Source: Thermoanaerobaculia bacterium
GTDB taxonomy: Bacteria; Acidobacteriota; Thermoanaerobaculia; Multivoradales; Multivoraceae
Assembly: GCA_963666565.1 (NCBI GenBank)
Contig: OY762911.1
Span: forward strand, 2,304,001 to 2,368,000
Length of the DNA stretch: 64,000 nucleotides
Direction of reading: 5' to 3'
Each line of letters begins with the position of its first letter. The stretch's first letter is position 1. The notes beneath the pieces are model-generated. The model was not told the origin of the DNA, ran no database searches, and was given only the letters and a program-made list of their open reading frames with translations. A program made the position numbers and the translations under genes. Positions 8,712 through 17,636 of this stretch are shown here, in pieces.

Positions 8712-10220
8712 ATGCCAAGAGCCTGCTTTGCCCTCATGCTCGTCTCCTTTCTTGCGGCCTGCGCGCCGGATGCCCAGGAGTCCTCGGACGCCTCGTTCGA
8801 CCGTCCCCCCAACTTCGTCGTGGTCTTCGCCGACGACCTGGGCTGGGGCGATCTCGGCAGCTACGGGGCGCCGGTCATCCGCACGCCGCATCTCGACCGG
8901 ATGGCGGCGGAGGGGCAGCGCTGGACGAACTTCTACGTGACGGCCTCGGTCTGCTCGCCGAGCCGGGCGGGGTTGCTGACCGGGCGGCTGCCGGTGCGCA
9001 ACGGGCTCTACGGCGACCGGGTGCGGGTGCTGTTCCCGGACTTCGCCGGCGGCATCCAGGACGAGGAGATCACGATCGCCGAGGCGCTTGGCGATCTCGG
9101 CTACGCGACGGGCATGTTCGGCAAGTGGCACCTGGGCGACCGGCCGGAGTACCTGCCGACCCGGCACGGCTTCGACTACTGGTTCGGCATCCCCTACTCG
9201 AACGACATGATGGCGACGCTGCCGCGCGAAGAGCGTCGCGCCGCCTTCCTCGATCCGAAGATCGAGTACTGGGACGTGCCGCTCATCCGGTCGCGGGTCG
9301 GCGCGAACGGAGAAGCCGGCGCCGGAGAGGCCGATGCCGGAGAATCCGGCGCCGGCGAGGACGGCCTCGTCACGGAAACCCTCGAACGACCGGCGGACCA
9401 GACGACGATCACGAAGCGCTACGCCGAGGAGGCGGTCGACTTCATCCGCGCCCACCGGGACGAGCCCTTCTTCGTCTACCTGCCGCACAGCATGCCTCAC
9501 GTGCCGCTGTTCCGGGCGCCGGAGTTCGAGGGCCGCAGCGGCGCGGGGCTCTACGGCGACGTGATCGAGGAGATCGACTGGAGCGTGGGGCGCATCCTGG
9601 AGACGCTGGAAGAGGAGGGGATCGCGGAGAACACCCTCGTGTTCTTCAGCAGCGACAACGGACCCTGGACGGCGTTCCGCACGCAGGGCGGCCTGGCGGG
9701 CCCGCTGCGCGAGGGCAAGGGGATGACCTGGGAAGGCGGCATGAGGGTGCCGGGGCTGTTCCGGTGGCCGGGAACGATCGCGCCGGAGGTCGTGACCTCG
9801 GAGATCGGCTCGACGAGCGACCTGTTCGCGACCTTCCTGGGGTTGGCGGGCGGCGCGATGCCGGACGACCGGCCGATGGACAGCCTCGATCTGGCGCCGG
9901 TGCTGCTCGGCGAGGGCGAAGGCCCGCGCGAGGAGGCGCCGTTCTACCGGGGCAGCGAGCTCTACGCCTACCGGGTCGGCGCCTACAAGGCGCACTTCGT
10001 GACCGAGGGAGAGTACGGGCTTGCCGGCGGGCGGCTGGAGCACGATCCGCCGCTGCTCTACGACCTGGCGCTCGATCCGGGGGAGCAGTGGAACGTGGCG
10101 GCCGAGCGGCCGGAGGCGTTGGCCGAGGTGGTGGCCCAGGCGGCGCGGCACCTTGCCGGCGTGGAGGTTGCGCCGTCGCAGTTCGACCTTCGTCGCGGCG
10201 AGGGCGGCGGGGATGGCTGA
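8712..10220 (+). CDS. Arylsulfatase (Cys-type, formylglycine-dependent), probable lipoprotein
   Basis: PNFVVVFADDLG, CSPSRAGLLTGR, GKWHLG and SDNG motifs; lipobox LAAC after ATG 8712. The ORF-track extension to 7680 overlaps the M20 gene. Confidence 0.93.
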   Translation: MPRACFALMLVSFLAACAPDAQESSDASFDRPPNFVVVFADDLGWGDLGSYGAPVIRTPHLDRMAAEGQRWTNFYVTASVCSPSRAGLLTGRLPVRNGLYGDRVRVLFPDFAGGIQDEEITIAEALGDLGYATGMFGKWHLGDRPEYLPTRHGFDYWFGIPYSNDMMATLPREERRAAFLDPKIEYWDVPLIRSRVGANGEAGAGEADAGESGAGEDGLVTETLERPADQTTITKRYAEEAVDFIRAHRDEPFFVYLPHSMPHVPLFRAPEFEGRSGAGLYGDVIEEIDWSVGRILETLEEEGIAENTLVFFSSDNGPWTAFRTQGGLAGPLREGKGMTWEGGMRVPGLFRWPGTIAPEVVTSEIGSTSDLFATFLGLAGGAMPDDRPMDSLDLAPVLLGEGEGPREEAPFYRGSELYAYRVGAYKAHFVTEGEYGLAGGRLEHDPPLLYDLALDPGEQWNVAAERPEALAEVVAQAARHLAGVEVAPSQFDLRRGEGGGDG

Positions 10221-10249
10221 GGGCGGTTCGCCGCGGTGAAGTCGTTTCA

Positions 10250-10321
10250 GGCCGCCTTCGGCGGCTGCGGGTCAGAAAGACCCGCGCACCCAGCGGCGGG
10301 TCGGAAGACCCGCGTACCCAG
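10250..10321 (-). repeat. Two tandem REP-like palindromes plus GCCGCC-GAA-GGCGGC hairpin between convergent genes
   Basis: Copies at 10267-10293 and 10296-10321. Confidence 0.88.
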
Positions 10322-10340
10322 TGGCGGCGACGGCTGAGGG

Positions 10341-10547
10341 TCAGGCGTCCCGCTTGGGGTCGGCGCTCGCCTCATCTCGAAGTCCGGCGGCGAGTCCGTG
10401 CAGCCGCTTGATGCGCCGTTGCCAGAGGAGGGCTTCGCGCGCGACCTGGCGGTGGGCCCGCAGGCTGCGCAGCCACCAGCCGAAGACCGCGCCGACCAGC
10501 GCGGCGCCGACGACCCAGATCCAGATCTCGAAGAGGACGTAGAGCAT
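10341..10547 (-). CDS. Small single-pass membrane protein (68 aa)
   Basis: MLYVLFEIWIWVVGAALVGAVFGWWLRSLR...; ATG 10547 lies 13 nt after the BON-OmpA stop. Confidence 0.75.
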   Translation of the reverse strand: MLYVLFEIWIWVVGAALVGAVFGWWLRSLRAHRQVAREALLWQRRIKRLHGLAAGLRDEASADPKRDA

Positions 10548-10560
10548 GGGGACCCCCCGT

Positions 10561-11577
10561 TCAGGGGCGGTGGTGAACCCGGAACTCGACCCCCCGATGC
10601 CCGCCGCCGGGGCGGTCCTCGGCGGGGTCGTCGCTGCCGTAGCCGAAGGCCAGCAGGCGGTCCGGATGGACGCTCGCGGACAGGACGTCGCGGATCGCCT
10701 CGGCCCGGGCCATGCTGAGCGTCCGGTCGGCGGCGGCGCCGCCGCTTGCGTCGGCGTGGACGAGGACTTCGACACGGGTGTTCGGGAAAGCGTCCAGCAC
10801 CGCGCCGATGCCGGCGATGGCGGCGCGGGCGTCGCCGGCGAGCGCGTCCGTTCCTTCTCCGAAGGCGATCGGCCGCTCCCGCAGCAGGCGCTGGATCCGG
10901 TTCTGGGCGGTCCGGTGCGCCGCGACGGGAGCGACCGCCGCCCGGTTGACGATCGTCCAGCCGGTCCGGGCCGCTTCGGCGATCGCTCTCGCGTCGAACT
11001 CCAGGCGGTCGCGCATGGCGTCGCTCGAGACGTGGCCGATCAGGGTCAGCGTCCCGTCCCGCAGCCGCAGTCCGGGTCCGCCATCCACCTGCCGCAGGAT
11101 CTGGATCAGCCTCGGCAGGGCCGGAGTCCAGGGCGGTTCGGTCACGGCGGCGTCGACTTCCGTCTGGTCGATCACGTTGCCCTGGCCCTTGATCGCGGCT
11201 GCGGCATCGAACAGCTCCTGCCGGCTCTCGGGAGTCGGCAGGCGTCCGGCCAGCAGCCAGATGTCGCCGTCCTGGCCGAACTCCAGGCTCGGCTCGACCG
11301 CCATGACCAAGCGGTTGTCGACGCTCCGCACCCCCGGTTCGCCCGCCGCGCGCCGGGCCGCCTCGGCGCCGATCTCGGCGAAGGCGACGGTGCCGTGGAG
11401 GGTCACGTCCCGGCCGTCCGCGTCGACGCGCAGGTCGCGGACGCCGACGTCCGCCAGCGTCGCGGCAGTCCGCGCCTCGATCGCCGCCTCGATGCCGGGC
11501 AACTCCAGCGAGAAGCACATGGCGCCCAGCATCAGCACCATGGCGGCGCCGGTCAGGATGACGCCCGGTTCTCTCAT
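10561..11577 (-). CDS. BON + OmpA-like peptidoglycan-binding domain protein (ArfA/Rv0899-like architecture)
   Basis: N-terminal TM; BON (VDADGRDVTLHGTV...PGVRSVDNRL); OmpA_C-like end (IAFGEG...HADASG...LSMARAEAIR...GYGS...HRGVEF). Confidence 0.82.
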   Translation of the reverse strand: MREPGVILTGAAMVLMLGAMCFSLELPGIEAAIEARTAATLADVGVRDLRVDADGRDVTLHGTVAFAEIGAEAARRAAGEPGVRSVDNRLVMAVEPSLEFGQDGDIWLLAGRLPTPESRQELFDAAAAIKGQGNVIDQTEVDAAVTEPPWTPALPRLIQILRQVDGGPGLRLRDGTLTLIGHVSSDAMRDRLEFDARAIAEAARTGWTIVNRAAVAPVAAHRTAQNRIQRLLRERPIAFGEGTDALAGDARAAIAGIGAVLDAFPNTRVEVLVHADASGGAAADRTLSMARAEAIRDVLSASVHPDRLLAFGYGSDDPAEDRPGGGHRGVEFRVHHRP

Positions 11578-11703
11578 CGTGGCTGGCGACGGCGTCGCCA
11601 GGAGGCCATGCTGCGGAACGCTGCGAAGCGAGTCGCGCGACGCTGCCTCCCGGCGGTGTGGGGACTGGGGCCGAACATGGAGCTTGCGACAGGCCTGGCG
11701 GCG

Positions 11704-12288
11704 CTAGCTGGAGGTGTGGTCGGCGACGATCAGCCACCGTTCGCCGTGCCGCTCCACCGACAGCGTGAAGAGGCCGGTCGGTTCGTCCGATTCGCGGGTC
11801 AGCCGGAACCGGCCGAAGACCGTGGCGGCGTGCTCGGAGTGCACCCGCACCTCGAGTTCCTCGAAGGCCAGCGTCCCCATCGCGGCGCGGTCGGGGTAGG
11901 TCTCGCGGTAGCGCTTCAGGGTGTGGTCCCAGCCGCGACGCACCTCGCCGCCGGAGGTGAAGCGCAGTTCCCGGCTCCGCAGATAGCCGTCCATGAAGCC
12001 CTCGATGTCGCCCGCGTTCCAGTCCTCCACCTGCGCGTCCAGCACCTGGAGCACTTCCGCCGCGACGGTCTGCGGGTCGAACTCCGGCGGCGGCGGTTCC
12101 TCGAGGGCGGGCGGCTCGCAGGCCGCGAACAGCAGGCAGGCCGCGAGGCCGGCGAAGGCGGAGGCTGCTCCGACTGGGTGCGCGGGTCTTCCGACCGGCC
12201 CGCCGGCCGGCGCCGCGGAGCGGTGCGGGCCGGCGAGAGCGGCCGCCGGCGAACGTCGGCGACGGAGCTTCTTGCTGCTGGCGTTCAC
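11704..12288 (-). CDS. NTF2-like / DUF4440 (YybH-like) lipoprotein
   Basis: LDAQVEDWNAGDIEGFMDGY...GLFTL...WLIVADHTSS; lipobox FAAC; GTG 12288 overlaps the upstream TGA (GTGA). Start uncertain. Confidence 0.82.
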   Translation of the reverse strand: MNASSKKLRRRRSPAAALAGPHRSAAPAGGPVGRPAHPVGAASAFAGLAACLLFAACEPPALEEPPPPEFDPQTVAAEVLQVLDAQVEDWNAGDIEGFMDGYLRSRELRFTSGGEVRRGWDHTLKRYRETYPDRAAMGTLAFEELEVRVHSEHAATVFGRFRLTRESDEPTGLFTLSVERHGERWLIVADHTSS

Positions 12289-13112
12289 TTCGCGAGGCGC
12301 TCCACGTCGACGTCGCGGTGCTCGATCCGCGAGACGAGGGGCAGTTCCGCGGCGGCGTACGCCGGCGTGACGTCGTCGACGGTCAGGCCGCCGTCCCGGA
12401 TGTTCAGGCCGTAGTTGTCCGCGTCGTAGAACAGCAGGCCGCCGACGCGGCGGTAGTTCCGGAGAGTGCGGAACCGGAGTCCCGTACCGTCGCTGTAGTC
12501 GTAGGCGAACTGCTCGAGCCGGGCGGTCTCCGGATCGAACCAGTAGACGTAGGCGCTGTCGGCGCCGTCGCTCGAGCCGGACGCGAAGGTCACGCGGACC
12601 CGGTGCAACTGCCGCCCGTTCCACTCCTCCAGGCCCTGGTCTTCCTTGAAGGTTCCCGGATCGTTCAGCTTGTAGGGCAGGAAGAGGAAGTACATGCGCT
12701 GGTTGACGTAGCTCTCGGCCCGCGCCCGGGCCGCGTCGTCCATCTCCATCGGCGCGCCGGCTTCGGCGACCTGGAGGGCCGTGTTGTCGCGCCGGTACTC
12801 GCGCGCGTCGGCGCCGTCGGAGGCATGGATGACGTACTCGAAGCGGTCGCCGTCGATCGTCGAGTCCACGTCGAAGCTGCCGGAGCGGGAAGCGACCGTC
12901 AGCCGGACGCGCGAGCGCTCGAACAACTCGCCGCCGTGGTGCTCGATGGCGCGGTCGACGATCTCCAGGCGGTCCGACGTGCCCGGCGGGGCGCTCGGCG
13001 GCGGCTCGGGCGCCGGTTCCGCGCCGGCGCAGGCGAGGAAGAGAGCCGCGGCGGCGGCGCCGGGCCAAGCGCCCGCGGCGCCGGTTTCGTGGGAACTTTC
13101 GAATCGCAACAT
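12285..13112 (-). CDS. DUF6503-like putative lipoprotein
   Basis: FLAC lipobox; IVDRAIEHHGG...YFLFLPYKLNDPG...LEQFAY pattern resembles this family. Confidence 0.7.
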   Translation of the reverse strand: MLRFESSHETGAAGAWPGAAAAALFLACAGAEPAPEPPPSAPPGTSDRLEIVDRAIEHHGGELFERSRVRLTVASRSGSFDVDSTIDGDRFEYVIHASDGADAREYRRDNTALQVAEAGAPMEMDDAARARAESYVNQRMYFLFLPYKLNDPGTFKEDQGLEEWNGRQLHRVRVTFASGSSDGADSAYVYWFDPETARLEQFAYDYSDGTGLRFRTLRNYRRVGGLLFYDADNYGLNIRDGGLTVDDVTPAYAAAELPLVSRIEHRDVDVERLAK

Positions 13113-13142
13113 GGTTCCAGTCTAGCCGCCGGAAGCGCCCGC

Positions 13143-13290
13143 CGGGCGCGCGGGTCCTCCGACCCGGCACCGGGTGCGCGGGTCTTCCGACCCGCCGCTG
13201 GGTGCGCGGGTCTTCCGACCCGCATGCCGCCGAAGGCGGCCAAAGAACGCGCCGGCCGTCAGGCCGGCACCGCCCCGGCTGCTACGCTTC
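13143..13290 (+). repeat. Three tandem REP-like palindromes plus core half-element between divergent genes
   Basis: Copies at about 13143, 13171 and 13198, followed by gccgccgaaggcggccaaagaacgcgccggccgtcaggccggc. Confidence 0.9.
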
Positions 13291-13325
13291 GCCCTCACTC
13301 TGTACAGCCGCGGGAGGCCAACCGA

Positions 13326-14168
13326 ATGACCGAGTACGAACTCATCAAGTACGACGTGGACGATCCGATCGCCACGATCACCCTGAACCGGCCGGAGCAG
13401 TTGAACGCGATCACCGGCAGCATGCTGGCCGAGATGAAGCATGCGATGGCGGCCGCCGAGAGCGACGAGCGCGTGGTCGGCATCGTCCTGACCGGCGCCG
13501 GACGCGGCTTCTGCGCCGGTGCCGACATGCAGGGCCTCCAGGCCACCAGCCGCGGCCAGCGCGGCAGCGGCGGCGGAAACGCCATCGAGGATGCCCAGGC
13601 GGGCGCCATCGACGAGATGGGCGCCGACAACTTCGGCGTCACCTACAACTACCTGATGGCGGTGCGCAAGCCGATCGTGGCCGCGATCAACGGTCCCTGC
13701 GCGGGGCTCGGCTTCGCCATCGCGATGCTCTGCGACATCCGCTTCGCTTCGGACCGGGCGGTCTTCACGTCCGCGTTCGTGAACCGCGGCCTGATCGCCG
13801 AGCACGGGCTGAGCTGGATCCTGCCCCGCGTGGCGGGCCCGGCGAACGCGCTGGACATCCTGTGGACGGGCCGCAAGTTCTACGGGCCGGAGGCGGCCCG
13901 GATGGGCGTCGTGAACCGCTCCGTGCCGCACGACCGGGTCGTGCCCGAGGCCGAGAACTACGTCAAGGCGCTCGCCGAGCGCTCCGCGCCGATGTCGCTC
14001 AAGGTCATCAAGCAGCAGGTCTACCGCCACCTGATGATGGACACCGGCGACGCGCTCCGCGAGTCGAACGAGTTGATGGCCGAGAGCCTGAAGCGCGACG
14101 ACTTCAAGGAAGGCGTCGCCTCCTTCGTCGAGCGCCGCGCGCCGAAGTTCCAGCGCATCACGAGCTAG
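13326..14168 (+). CDS. Enoyl-CoA hydratase/isomerase (crotonase) family protein
   Basis: ITLNRPEQLNA, GRGFCAGAD, KPIVAAINGPCAGLG motifs; GGGAGG upstream of ATG 13326. Confidence 0.93.
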   Translation: MTEYELIKYDVDDPIATITLNRPEQLNAITGSMLAEMKHAMAAAESDERVVGIVLTGAGRGFCAGADMQGLQATSRGQRGSGGGNAIEDAQAGAIDEMGADNFGVTYNYLMAVRKPIVAAINGPCAGLGFAIAMLCDIRFASDRAVFTSAFVNRGLIAEHGLSWILPRVAGPANALDILWTGRKFYGPEAARMGVVNRSVPHDRVVPEAENYVKALAERSAPMSLKVIKQQVYRHLMMDTGDALRESNELMAESLKRDDFKEGVASFVERRAPKFQRITS

Positions 14169-14201
14169 CTGCGTCGCGGCGCGGCGGCGGTGCCGGCACT
14201 C

Positions 14202-14382
14202 GCCCGCGGCGAGCCGCGGGGAGGGGGCGCGCCCAAGGGACGCTCGCCCTCTCGGAGTGGATGGGGAGCAGGGGCTCGCTGTTGTCGACTGCGCTTCGCT
14301 TCGGCGTCGGTTGGCGAGGCGGCGCGGGGAGTCGCTTGTCTTCGACCCCCTGGGCGCCCCCTCCCCGCGCCTCGCCGCGGGC
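14202..14382. repeat. MITE-like segment with ~37-bp imperfect terminal inverted repeats
   Basis: gcccgcggcgagccgcggggagggggcgcgcccaaggg (about 14202-14239) matches the reverse complement of about 14346-14382. Confidence 0.6.
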
Positions 14383-14427
14383 TGGACGCTCTCGGCTCGA
14401 CATTACGCTGCGCCGAGCGTCGGTGCA

Positions 14428-14485
14428 CTGGGTGCGCGGGTCTTCTGACCCGCATCAGGCGCGATGCCGCGGAGCGGCGAGCCCG
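14428..14485 (+). repeat. REP-like palindrome with a 3' tail shared with the copy at 27056
   Basis: ctgggtgcgcgggtcttctgacccgc followed by atcaggcgcgatgccgcggagcggcgagcccg. Confidence 0.85.
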
Positions 14486-14782
14486 TGTCGCTACGTGGAC
14501 AACGCTCGAGCCGCTTTGTACACCTCCGCGTCAGATGGCTGTGGATCGCCCCGCAGCACCCGCGCCGCGGCTTCCAACGCCCAGTCCAGAACCGCGTCCG
14601 CGGTGGTGGTGTTCCCTTCGGGAGGAACGCCCAGAACGGCTATCGGTTCGTGCGGCGTCGTTTCGATCCTCGCCGATTCGGCCGGCCAGCCTTCCATGAC
14701 CGCCAGAAGCCGCCGGGCCTGAGTCAGCCAAGCGTCTGCTACCGCTTCGGCGGTGCAGTCGCCGGCGCCGCGGATCCTCCGC

Positions 14783-15898
14783 CTAGTCGACGCGATCCCG
14801 CCTTTCCTTGAGCTCGCGGAAGGTCGTCAGCACCAGGCCCTCGTCCTCGATCGCCTGTTGCACGCGGGGGTCGAGCATCGCCAGCATGTCGCCCTTGCGG
14901 CTGGGGCCGGACGTCGAGATGTACTTGAAGTTCGGGCTCGGGTCGGTCGAGTGCAGGATGATCATCGTGACGCCGGGGCGCAGGTCGCGCAGGGCCTGGA
15001 CGTAGCGTTCGACCTTGTACTCCGTCAGTTCCTCGTCGGTGGCGTCGGCGCCGCTCTCGGGGACCCAGCCGTAGCTCAGGTTGTGGAGGTCGTCGAGGAC
15101 GGGCAGGCCGCCGTCCCAGATGCGCTGGCCGAGTTCGGTCGCGCGGCCGAGTCCCGGCGGCGTGTCCCGTCCCTGGGCCTCGTACTGGGCTTCGAGGATC
15201 GCGTTGTGGCCGCCGGGGAACATGAGCGGGATGCCCTCGTCGATGCCGACCTGGATGTAGCGCTCGAGGAAGTCCATCGTGGCGAACAGGGTGCCCATGT
15301 GGGAGTCGAGGTGAGTCGGTTCGAAGCCCATCGCCCGGGCGCGGTGGATCTGCTCGCGGATCTCCGCTTCCACTTCGTCCGGGGAGGCGTGGGCGACGAC
15401 CTCGGCCACGCTCGACCACAAGGCGCCCTCGGCGTCGACCAGGCCGGGCGCCGCTTCGCGGCCGACCAGCGGTCCCCAGCGGTAGCCGTCCCACTCGGCG
15501 GTCAGGGTCAGGTGGAGGCCGGCGTCGATGCCCGGATTCTCCTTCAGGCTCGCCACGAGTTCGGGCACCCAGGGGCAGGGCATCATGACGCTCATCGAGT
15601 TCGCGGCGCCCTCCAGGATGGATCGGAGGGCGCCGACGTTCGAGTCGCGCGACATGCCGGCATCGTCGACGTGCAGGATGACGGCGCGGGCGCCGGCGGG
15701 GAAGCCGAGCTTCTCGGCGTACGTCTGCGCTTCGGCCTGGCAGGCCGTGAGGAAGGCGGCGGTCAGGCAGAGGATCGCCGCGGCGGCGATGCGAATGCGG
15801 TGCGGCGGCGGGGCCGGGTGGCGGCCGCTGCCATCCGTGCGGGTCAAAAGACCCGCGCACCCAGCGGCAGGCGAGTTCCATGCAGGCGTTTCGGACAT
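14783..15898 (-). CDS. YdjC/ChbG-like carbohydrate deacetylase family protein, exported
   Basis: ILHVDDAGM, GLHLTLTAEW, PTHLDSHMG motifs; GAGGAGG upstream of ATG 15898. Confidence 0.87.
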   Translation of the reverse strand: MSETPAWNSPAAGCAGLLTRTDGSGRHPAPPPHRIRIAAAAILCLTAAFLTACQAEAQTYAEKLGFPAGARAVILHVDDAGMSRDSNVGALRSILEGAANSMSVMMPCPWVPELVASLKENPGIDAGLHLTLTAEWDGYRWGPLVGREAAPGLVDAEGALWSSVAEVVAHASPDEVEAEIREQIHRARAMGFEPTHLDSHMGTLFATMDFLERYIQVGIDEGIPLMFPGGHNAILEAQYEAQGRDTPPGLGRATELGQRIWDGGLPVLDDLHNLSYGWVPESGADATDEELTEYKVERYVQALRDLRPGVTMIILHSTDPSPNFKYISTSGPSRKGDMLAMLDPRVQQAIEDEGLVLTTFRELKERRDRVD

Positions 15899-15909
15899 CG
15901 TGTTCCTCC

Positions 15910-17556
15910 TCATTCGGGCAGCCGGTCGACGCCGTCGAAGCCCTCGAAGCCGGCGATGCGGGTGAGGTCGAGGCCGAGGATCGGGGCCAGGCTGGGCGCG
16001 AGGTCGATCGTGTTCGCCCTGGCTTCGATCACCTGGCCGACCCCGTCCTGGCGGCGGACGATGAGCGGCACATGGGTGTCGTAGGCGTACGGCGAGCCGT
16101 GGCTGGCGACGACGGCCGATGCCGGCACGGGCAGCACGTTCGGTTCCGGTACCAGGATCAGGTCTCCGCTGCGCTCGGGGTGGTAGCCGTTCAGGTACAG
16201 CTCGTGGAGGGGATTCGCCGGGTCGAGTTCCGCCGGCCGGACGACCTCGGCGATCAGCGGGCAGTCGCTCATCGCCTCGACGATCTCGTCCTCGATCGCG
16301 CCCCGGTTGGCCTCTTCGGCCGCGATCGTCCCGGCGTCCAGGTAGAAGGTGTCGAGCAGGAACTCGCCGCCGCCGAAACGGCCCTTGAGACGCGACTGGA
16401 GGCGCTGCAGGCAGAGCGTCTGTTCGGTTCCGAAGCGGCCGCCGTCGCCGCCGTCGCGCACGACGAGTTCGGGGACCCTGCCGACGCCGTGGTCGGAGGA
16501 CAGCGCGACGACCGTGTTCTCCATGCCGATCCGTTCGTCGACGAAGTCGAGCAACTCGCCGATCGTGCGGTCGAGCCGGAGGATCGTGTCGAGAGTCTCC
16601 GGGGCGTTCGGGCCGTAGCCGTGGCCCACCGTGTCGAGAGCGGAGAAGCTGACCGCCAGCAGATCGGGCACCTCGTCGGCGCCCAGGTTCTCGGCCTCGA
16701 TCAGGGTCTCGGCGAAGTCCTCCAGGTAGCCGTCGACCAATGGCGACCGGTAGACGTCGGCGTAGAACGCCGCGCGCTCGACCGTGAAGCCGCCCACCGC
16801 GTGGGGGAAGGTGTCGATGACGGGGCCGCGGTCGAGCGGTTCGATGCCGTACGCGGCGGTGTGCTCGAGCGGGACGAGGGGCGTCCAGGCATTGGCGAAG
16901 TGGGCGGCCAGCCGATCCTCGTCGTTGAAGGCCGCGACCCACGCCGGCTGGGACTCCCGGTCGCCGTAGTACGTCGAGGTGACCCAGGCGCCGCCCGACC
17001 GGCCGTACCACCAGGCGCCGTCGGCGTGGTGTCCGCCCATCAGGATTGCCGCGCGGTCCTTGGCGCTGGCGGCGTACACCTTGGCCTGGGGATACGTGGC
17101 TTTCAGCAGATCGCCGAGAGCCGGCGCCAGCATGTTGCGCGGCGAGACGCCGTGGTCCGGATCGCCGCAGCAGTAGACGTCATCCCCGCTCTCGCGGTCG
17201 AACCAGGAGTTGGCGATGATCCCGTGCCGCTTCGGGAACACGCCCGTAGCCAGGGTCGCGTGTCCCGGAGCGGTTTCGGTGGCGGCGTGGAAGTGGTGCG
17301 CGTCGGTGAAGACGACGCCTTCCTGGAGCAACCGGGCCAGCCCATGGCTCAGAAGGGGGCGGAAGCGCTCCAGGTAGTCGCCGCGCATCTGGTCGACGAC
17401 GATCAGGAGGACGAGCCGCGGTGCGCCTTCGGGGACCTCGGCGCTGCCTGTGGTTTCTCGGCCGGTTGCTTCGGCTTCCGGGACGTCGGCCGGAGCGCCG
17501 CAGGCCAGTGCGAACGGCAACGCGGCCAGCGCCAGTAACAGTGAGAGCTTCTTCAT
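15910..17556 (-). CDS. Alkaline phosphatase family protein (PafA/NPP-like), lipoprotein
   Basis: MKKLSLLL...ALAC signal; IVVDQMRGDY, TAPGHATLATG, KDRAAIL, SSDHG and HGSPYAYDTHVPL motifs. Confidence 0.9.
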   Translation of the reverse strand: MKKLSLLLALAALPFALACGAPADVPEAEATGRETTGSAEVPEGAPRLVLLIVVDQMRGDYLERFRPLLSHGLARLLQEGVVFTDAHHFHAATETAPGHATLATGVFPKRHGIIANSWFDRESGDDVYCCGDPDHGVSPRNMLAPALGDLLKATYPQAKVYAASAKDRAAILMGGHHADGAWWYGRSGGAWVTSTYYGDRESQPAWVAAFNDEDRLAAHFANAWTPLVPLEHTAAYGIEPLDRGPVIDTFPHAVGGFTVERAAFYADVYRSPLVDGYLEDFAETLIEAENLGADEVPDLLAVSFSALDTVGHGYGPNAPETLDTILRLDRTIGELLDFVDERIGMENTVVALSSDHGVGRVPELVVRDGGDGGRFGTEQTLCLQRLQSRLKGRFGGGEFLLDTFYLDAGTIAAEEANRGAIEDEIVEAMSDCPLIAEVVRPAELDPANPLHELYLNGYHPERSGDLILVPEPNVLPVPASAVVASHGSPYAYDTHVPLIVRRQDGVGQVIEARANTIDLAPSLAPILGLDLTRIAGFEGFDGVDRLPE

Positions 17557-17636
17557 GTACGGCGCCTTTCCCTGAAGTGGTCCACGGCGAATGAGACTAT
17601 CCTCTCGGTGGCCGGAGGCCGGCTGGAGAATTGCCG

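Noticed and set aside
14491-14697. 68-aa minus-strand ORF with lower GC
   Set aside because: No recognisable motif or clear start signal; possibly a gene fragment, not supportable as a CDS.
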